From a virus (Duplodnaviria > Caudoviricetes), in the IMG/VR virus record IMGVR_UViG_3300016484_000327, positions 1 to 61,662 of that record: a DNA stretch of 61,662 bases; one strand, 5' to 3'. Below, one piece after another: positions 55,812 to 61,662 of this stretch (positions are counted from its first letter, which is position 1; every line of letters begins with the position of its first letter). Position numbers and translations under genes: made by a program. The notes under the pieces were generated by a model, which was given only the letters and a program-made list of their open reading frames with translations, was not told the origin of the DNA and did no database searches.

Positions 55812-56162
55812 TTAAGCAAGAGTCAGGTTCAACTTACCAGCTGCCCATACAAAAGCTGCTTCGTTGATAGTTCCAGCTTCACTCTCATCCCAATTAATAT
55901 AGTCTTGACCAGTCATAACTATATTACCCTGTGCCACTTGCTGAATAATTGTTGAAGGACCAGGAGGAATAGGACCTGGAGGAACAGGACCAGGATTTTC
56001 ACTAGTTGTGGTAGTGGTTGTAGGAACAGGAGTTTCTACTACCAAAGCGTAGAAGAAAGTCGCACTATCCTTTAAATTGTCATTAATAACGTACAAGTTA
56101 AGACGGTTTGCTTCCATTTCTACACCGTTAAACCACACTTGTACAGGTTGAATAGCTCTCAT
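55812..56162 (-). CDS. Small structural protein with internal Thr/Pro insert (116 aa)
   Basis: PVPTTTTTTSENPGPVPPGPIPPGP between beta-strand segments. Confidence 0.6.
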   Translation of the reverse strand: MRAIQPVQVWFNGVEMEANRLNLYVINDNLKDSATFFYALVVETPVPTTTTTTSENPGPVPPGPIPPGPSTIIQQVAQGNIVMTGQDYINWDESEAGTINEAAFVWAAGKLNLTLA

Positions 56163-56197
56163 GATTGTTTGTTTATATAAGGGGTTAAATAATTATT

Positions 56198-56809
56198 TTA
56201 GTTTCCAACTTGATTCACTGTAACAATAAGTCCAGGAATAGCAGGTATAGAACCATTAGCAGGTTCAGATTTTATATAAAGACCATTATCAACATTACTA
56301 TCAATTCTCCACTTTAATTGAACATACTCATTAGCAGTAGTTGTTTCAAAAAACCAGTTCCATGCTGCTACTATGTATACAGAGTTTGCTGGAAAACTAA
56401 TCTGTGTAGCGCTCTGAGGAACAGCAGTTCCATTCTGAGCTAACCAAATGTGCGCGTGTGTTGCACTATTACCACTATCTTTTAGCATCTGAGCACTAAA
56501 CATAATGTTATAAACACCAGGATTAGCAATAGTAATTCGATTACCAGAAACAACAGATACACCATTATTCCAAGGATCAGTAGCATTAAGACCCATTGTA
56601 AGTACTGCTCCTGATAAACCTGTTTGATTAGTGGTATCATAAAAGCTACCACTCCATCCTACACCATTTAATCCTGGAACTCCCTGTGGACCAGCGGGAC
56701 CTTGTGGACCAGGAGGTCCTGGTGTCGGGTTATCAATAAGTTCTTGAATCTGACAACATAATTGCTTGACCTTCTTGGTTAACCAATCTATAGAACTATA
56801 TATATCCAT
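56198..56809 (-). CDS. Collagen-like trimeric fibre protein with BclA/C1q-like C-terminal domain
   Basis: GPPGPQGPAGPQGVPGLNG repeat; I....GVYNI.FSAQ...IWL..NG..V..S beta-sandwich. Confidence 0.7.
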   Translation of the reverse strand: MDIYSSIDWLTKKVKQLCCQIQELIDNPTPGPPGPQGPAGPQGVPGLNGVGWSGSFYDTTNQTGLSGAVLTMGLNATDPWNNGVSVVSGNRITIANPGVYNIMFSAQMLKDSGNSATHAHIWLAQNGTAVPQSATQISFPANSVYIVAAWNWFFETTTANEYVQLKWRIDSNVDNGLYIKSEPANGSIPAIPGLIVTVNQVGN

Positions 56810-56820
56810 TATAGTAAGTT

Positions 56821-59553
56821 TTATTTCTTCTTCTTATTCTTTTGCTCTACATCGTATTTATTCTTATTAACGCGTGCAATCTCTAGTTCTTTATCTGCTA
56901 CACGTTCTCTAGCTGCAATCTCTTGCTGTTTAATACTGTAGTCTTCTCTAGCTAGATTCATACGATTCACTTCTTTTTCACGTTCCAGACCCATACGCTC
57001 GCGATATTCATCCTGCTTACGAATCTGCTCCATTGCGTCACGGTAGTCGGACTGCTCGTTTTTATTGATATCAACCATTGACCCATAACCTGCTGCACGG
57101 ATTTGAGTTTCAATAATACGAGCTTGACGATCCTTATCATTCTCAGAAGCTTCAAACTCCATTTTCATACGCTGCTCATCAGCACGAGCTTGCAACATTT
57201 GCTCTTGCATAGCTTGTTCTTGTTGAGCTTGCTGTTCACGAGCAATATTTTGCTTCTCTTCAGCAGTTTTAAGAACACGAGAAAGCTCTGCAACCGACTC
57301 GCTCTTAATGATATTTCCAAGATCATAAATAGAAGCACCTGCTGTATTATTAGTAAGTGCTAACTGCTTAAGTTGTTCAAGAACAAAACGGTGATTGCTC
57401 TTTGTTGTAGAGAATACATTAAGATCACGGAGTAAAAGATCTGTTCCATTAATCTGGAAATTCACTTTATCTTCCGTAGTTGTAAGATATTGTAATCTTA
57501 ATGAAGGTCTATTAGACTGATAATACTGTGCAAGATCTGTACGCATTTGATGTACACGTGGCATCAGATAGTCTGAATGCTGTGTAAAATACTGCTCAGT
57601 TTGAGCATAAGATGCAGCTACAGATTGCTGTATTCCAGTGGCAGTCTCTTGTGCTACAGGTGTACCCATACGCTGAGCAGAAACACCAATAGATTCAAAT
57701 GCTTGCACTTTAAAATAGTTAGCAAGCTGAATCCTTGACAAGAGACGTTGAGTTTGCTCTAAATTCAACACCTGATAGTGCTGGAAATTAAGAGCATTCT
57801 CTGTATTAGTGATAGACGTGTCGAGAGCAAGCATCTGGAAATTCTTCATGGCTACGTAAGCCTTTGCCAGATTATTTCGTCCCCAGTCTTCTCCCATGGA
57901 GTGACGAGGTAGAGCATTCTGGTCCAGAAGGATTACGGTTCCTAGCTCATCGACGAGTATATCAGCGATCTGATTATTTACAATATTATATCCAATCTGG
58001 TAGGGTTTCATAAGATCCACCAGACTCACTGATCGCGTATTGCGATCCGAGAACACACTTCCTTCTACAGGAAGTTTGCACCCATAAAGTGAATTATCAC
58101 CTTTAAACTGGAATGGAAGACGATTTACATTCAAGTAAATAGGACTAAATCCGCTAGGATTATTCATTCCCCAGAATGTAGGACGATTAGGTCCAATCTT
58201 CACACCACCCCATACCTCATTAATCCAAATCCAATCTACGTGCTCACCAAAAATTAAGTTTTCCTTAGTCTTCTTAGTACTTACACGTGTATTGTAAATA
58301 GGTTTTTCAAGAACCTTGAATGTCTCATCCACGATATCTTGAATCACCTCACCTTCTTCTGTAATTTTAGTAAGATGACCCACCTTACGCTGAGATTTCC
58401 AGTAGATGCTAGCTACACGAAGCATATAGTTTGGACCATAATCCAAGAAGTCTTCACCCTCAGATAAGATCCACTGCACAATATCCCCATTATAGGGCAT
58501 ATTCTCATATGCAGATAAGTATTGACGCATTGCGAGAGAAGGACCCTCAACATTCCAAGAATGTGGACGTGTTGCGTCGTAGAAAGATCCATCATTTTGC
58601 ATCCCATGGATTGGAAGACCAGCCGAGCGTATTGGGTAGATGGCTTCCAAACTTTCTAACTGCTCCTGGGTCATCAGATAACCATATTTATCTATAACGT
58701 CAGCAACAGTGAGAATGTCAAACTTTCCAACCCACTGACCTTGCGATACATAACGCACGTCAGAGCTCTTGTGATAGAAAGTAAGTAAGGGATTCCAAAG
58801 CTCCACTTCGTAATCATCTTCCATCATGCGGAAATGCCAGAACTCACGATCCGTAATGAGCATGTCACGGAACGCCATATTCTCTAGTTCAAACATCTTG
58901 AATCGCTCTTCGTCCACTTTAGTCTGGTGCATAGCCCATTCTTCTACCATGGAACGATAGTCTTTTTTAAAGAACGATTCTATCTCGGGAAGTGATTTAA
59001 GACTTTCAGGATTTAGTGCTTGCTGAGCTTCTTCTGATTCTGGATCCATACCCATCTCAACCATCTTAATAACCATCTTCTGTTGAGCTTCTGTAAGCAA
59101 CGCATTCTCAATCATAGCGCGTTTTTGCTCCATCATCTCATTGTAAGAGTAGTCATCTACAGCTCTAAACATCACCTTTGCAGATCTCTTAGCAAATTCC
59201 CCAGTCATCAAGTTGATAACGTTAGGAATAATAGGATAGAATTTCAGCTCTAATGCTGTTTGGTCTTCCTTTGTTAAGGTTTCAATAAGGTCTGCATATT
59301 CGTTATCTTCTTCTACAATATAGTCTGTACGATCAATAATACCTTTAGCAAGTTTATAATTCTTAAGGAGTTTACGAGAATTACGACGAATCTGCTTTAT
59401 CCCCTGCCACTCTAACCAGTCCATATTATTCGCTCTCCACTGGTCATCCTTAGCAGATAGGGGTAGAAACTGAATAGGCTGTGTAATCGTACCCAGCTTA
59501 TTATATTCAGCTTTCTTACCTGATTTTAAATCTAACGCGTTTAGTATCTGCAT
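56821..59553 (-). CDS. Portal protein (crAss-like)
   Basis: YPIIPNVINL..GE..KR, WINEVW.G.KIG, SLVDLMKPYQI.YNI..N, C-terminal coiled coil; follows TerL. Confidence 0.9.
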   Translation of the reverse strand: MQILNALDLKSGKKAEYNKLGTITQPIQFLPLSAKDDQWRANNMDWLEWQGIKQIRRNSRKLLKNYKLAKGIIDRTDYIVEEDNEYADLIETLTKEDQTALELKFYPIIPNVINLMTGEFAKRSAKVMFRAVDDYSYNEMMEQKRAMIENALLTEAQQKMVIKMVEMGMDPESEEAQQALNPESLKSLPEIESFFKKDYRSMVEEWAMHQTKVDEERFKMFELENMAFRDMLITDREFWHFRMMEDDYEVELWNPLLTFYHKSSDVRYVSQGQWVGKFDILTVADVIDKYGYLMTQEQLESLEAIYPIRSAGLPIHGMQNDGSFYDATRPHSWNVEGPSLAMRQYLSAYENMPYNGDIVQWILSEGEDFLDYGPNYMLRVASIYWKSQRKVGHLTKITEEGEVIQDIVDETFKVLEKPIYNTRVSTKKTKENLIFGEHVDWIWINEVWGGVKIGPNRPTFWGMNNPSGFSPIYLNVNRLPFQFKGDNSLYGCKLPVEGSVFSDRNTRSVSLVDLMKPYQIGYNIVNNQIADILVDELGTVILLDQNALPRHSMGEDWGRNNLAKAYVAMKNFQMLALDTSITNTENALNFQHYQVLNLEQTQRLLSRIQLANYFKVQAFESIGVSAQRMGTPVAQETATGIQQSVAASYAQTEQYFTQHSDYLMPRVHQMRTDLAQYYQSNRPSLRLQYLTTTEDKVNFQINGTDLLLRDLNVFSTTKSNHRFVLEQLKQLALTNNTAGASIYDLGNIIKSESVAELSRVLKTAEEKQNIAREQQAQQEQAMQEQMLQARADEQRMKMEFEASENDKDRQARIIETQIRAAGYGSMVDINKNEQSDYRDAMEQIRKQDEYRERMGLEREKEVNRMNLAREDYSIKQQEIAARERVADKELEIARVNKNKYDVEQKNKKKK

Positions 59554-59555
59554 GA

Positions 59556-59651
59556 TTATGAATTAGTTATGGTGTAATATACTACACCTCCGGTTGATGA
59601 TACGTAAACATACTCACTAGGAATAGTAGCAGTGCTTTCGTAGATGTACAT
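59556..59651 (-). CDS. Micro-ORF (31 aa) between terminase and portal (not in ORF track)
   Basis: MYIYESTATIPSEYVYVSSTGGVVYYTITNS; starts 1 nt after TerL stop, ends 2 nt before portal ATG. Confidence 0.5.
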   Translation of the reverse strand: MYIYESTATIPSEYVYVSSTGGVVYYTITNS

Positions 59652-59652
59652 C

Positions 59653-61662
59653 CTATCTCAAATTTTTAAATGGTGAGCGGGGTTTAGACATGTTAGAACT
59701 ACTTGGTCCTGAACCTCCTAAATGTCTAAAGGGACTCAATTTTAATTTATGACTTTTTTGCGACTTTTCCAAATTTGTGTTAGCTTCAAATCGCTTCTGA
59801 TATCCTCTATTAGACTGTTGTACCTTCGCAAACGCTACAAGTGCACAGAATGCTACTAAACGGTCTACGTTTAAACCTTCATGGTATGCTTGCATTTCTT
59901 TAAGAAGCATTAAATCTGGAATACGCTCCACTCCATATGTAATCTTAGTGATGTTTCCAGCTTCGTCAACTTCCTGGTCTATTTCCTCTGTAAGATATTG
60001 AATACCATAGGATAAGAGATGCTGACGAAATAACGTACCTGTATTCTTCCATCCGTAGGTTTGGAAAACGTTAGCATTTGATCCTAAGTCCTTTAGAAAG
60101 AGTATTTGATCTTTAGGTACAAGATAACGCTGCTTCTTTCTAGAAATCATGTATTGGATGAAAAGAGAAATGTTATTCTCCACTATTGTCCAAGCGTTAT
60201 ACCACTCAATCATTATCTCTAAACGCTCGTGTGTTTTAGTAATATCGTCAAATCTCCCACACCAGCTAGCTACTATTCTATCCTGTTCTACAAAGGTTTT
60301 ACGTTCTCCAAAGTTGTCCTCTCTTGTCACCTCCACAGGGTTCTTATAAATAAATATAGAACATAGCGAATCTGACGTAGTAGTCTTTCCTTCTCCTACA
60401 GGGTCAATTGAAGCATAATACATCCCAAATTGTGGGTTTGTAACAGGTCTCTCCCACACTACAATTGCACCCTCCTTATTTTCTGACTTCTTAGAAATGG
60501 GAAACTCAGATATAGGAAGCTTATTAGTTTCCTTAGCTATAATCTTTCCATGCTCATCCCTGCTTACATCTAAGATCTCATATCCATATTCTTTATCCTC
60601 AATACGTTGCACCTGCTTAGAAACTAAATGCTGAGGAAACTTAGACTCTTTTCTAAAAGCAAACGCTTCCTCGATATTGGTAGGTTTCTGAGATATACGT
60701 AGCTGATATTGTTCTGGATTAAGTTCTTTCTTCCAACGCTCACGTTCTTTCTTAATCGCTTCTAATGCTTCTTTAATCTGAGAGTTACCATGCTGATCAA
60801 TATAGGGAGGCATGCTCCACTGCTCAGGAATAAATAACCCACTTCTTCCTATTGTTCCTTTAGAATCTATAAGCGATGTTTCCACCGCTAGCATATCATA
60901 CGTATCTGGGTTTAGAATAAATTGTTTTAATGGGTCACACTGATCCAAATCACCCACTGAACCAGCAGCAATAAATACTCCTGTAGTTATCATACCTGAT
61001 TGCATAGCAGGTCGCATATATTCATATGTCTGATCCATCTTAGGTGCGATACCAGCCTCCTCATGAAAGAAATAAGTTACGGGACCACCGACACCAGCAG
61101 TCGCATCCTTTTCAAACGACGTACCTTGTAATACAGAAAATAATCCTTTATAGGTGTCACGTCCATTCATTCTCACCTTAATACGCTGTTGCCATGCTAA
61201 TACCTTGTCTGGATCATTAGGACGATACCAAGCTGTATGCTCATTTAAGAAGTTCTTATACTCATTGAGCATCCTCCATGTACCCTTCTCAGAAATGTAG
61301 TCTTTAAGACTTGCTCCAATCTTTAGAATTGCCCCCTCTTCAAACCAATACGCATTAATTAATTTTGCAGCATGAAAATAAGAAGATGCGATCTGACGTT
61401 TCTTTAGAATAGGACAGTGCTTATATTCAAGCTCCGCTAGACATTCATATAACGCCATGTGATACTGCGCATCTCTCACCTTAGCAAAGTCAAATCTAGC
61501 TTCTTCTTTATCATAGATGGGAAGAAAGTTTAACCACATATAGTAATCCCTAGTGAGATACCATATTCTATCACCATTCTTATAAATGACACCAGTTCTA
61601 CACTTATCCTTTTGATCATTCCAATATTTGATATAATCTTTTGTTCGTATTGGAGCATTGCA
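59653..61662 (-). CDS. terL: Terminase large subunit (5'-truncated by window edge)
   Basis: LKKRQIASS Walker A variant, FFHEEAG Walker B, IDP and NVDR nuclease motifs; frame stays open from 61539 to 61662 (...YWNDQKDKCRTG...LTRDYYMWLNF). Confidence 0.92.
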   Translation of the reverse strand, partial: CNAPIRTKDYIKYWNDQKDKCRTGVIYKNGDRIWYLTRDYYMWLNFLPIYDKEEARFDFAKVRDAQYHMALYECLAELEYKHCPILKKRQIASSYFHAAKLINAYWFEEGAILKIGASLKDYISEKGTWRMLNEYKNFLNEHTAWYRPNDPDKVLAWQQRIKVRMNGRDTYKGLFSVLQGTSFEKDATAGVGGPVTYFFHEEAGIAPKMDQTYEYMRPAMQSGMITTGVFIAAGSVGDLDQCDPLKQFILNPDTYDMLAVETSLIDSKGTIGRSGLFIPEQWSMPPYIDQHGNSQIKEALEAIKKERERWKKELNPEQYQLRISQKPTNIEEAFAFRKESKFPQHLVSKQVQRIEDKEYGYEILDVSRDEHGKIIAKETNKLPISEFPISKKSENKEGAIVVWERPVTNPQFGMYYASIDPVGEGKTTTSDSLCSIFIYKNPVEVTREDNFGERKTFVEQDRIVASWCGRFDDITKTHERLEIMIEWYNAWTIVENNISLFIQYMISRKKQRYLVPKDQILFLKDLGSNANVFQTYGWKNTGTLFRQHLLSYGIQYLTEEIDQEVDEAGNITKITYGVERIPDLMLLKEMQAYHEGLNVDRLVAFCALVAFAKVQQSNRGYQKRFEANTNLEKSQKSHKLKLSPFRHLGGSGPSSSNMSKPRSPFKNLR

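Noticed and set aside
6489-58607. Short minus-strand ORFs nested in alternative frames (e.g. 6489, 8127, 8913, 31971, 35816, 37058, 53211, 58413)
   Set aside because: Fully nested in long genes, no motifs or initiation signals; expected by chance.
245-60349. All + strand ORFs in the track
   Set aside because: Each lies antisense within a long, motif-bearing minus-strand gene and has no recognisable motif; treated as shadows.
1-61662. Stop-codon reassignment (TAG or TGA), known in some Crassvirales
   Set aside because: Core genes are intact under code 11 and TAG (8668, 33831, 54430, 59653) and TGA (21360) sit at sensible gene ends.
52765-61662. Introns or inteins in TerL, portal or MCP
   Set aside because: ORFs are continuous, of ordinary length, and show no intein or embedded endonuclease motifs in the visible portion.

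Overview
A 61.7-kb segment of a crAss-like (Crassvirales-type) dsDNA phage, most likely infecting a Bacteroidota host (no Shine-Dalgarno sites, TAnnTTTG-like promoters). Essentially every real gene is on the minus strand; the + strand ORFs are antisense shadows. From right to left the window holds TerL (5'-truncated), portal, scaffold-like protein, major capsid protein, ring/auxiliary-capsid/hub proteins, a ~23-kb accessory block, IHF-like and ring proteins, muzzle, then ejection/cargo proteins ending in a >1790-aa ORF that runs off the left edge. The standout is in the accessory block: several Cys-rich, poly-Thr mucin-like proteins lie directly upstream of a coupled three-gene operon encoding a GT-A enzyme resembling plant protein O-glycosyltransferases (GT96/GT95), a FkbM-like methyltransferase and a SUEL-lectin-like/GT fusion. 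Poly-Thr tracts also occur on the putative auxiliary capsid protein and other virion proteins. I infer a phage-encoded mucin-type virion O-glycosylation system. Other points: a cargo protein with ART-like and kinase-like domains, cargo modules separated by xxGG motifs, a five-copy late-promoter-like motif, a D-armless tRNA-like element after the capsid gene and two unannotated micro-ORFs. All family calls come from motif recognition and synteny by eye; no database searches were run.
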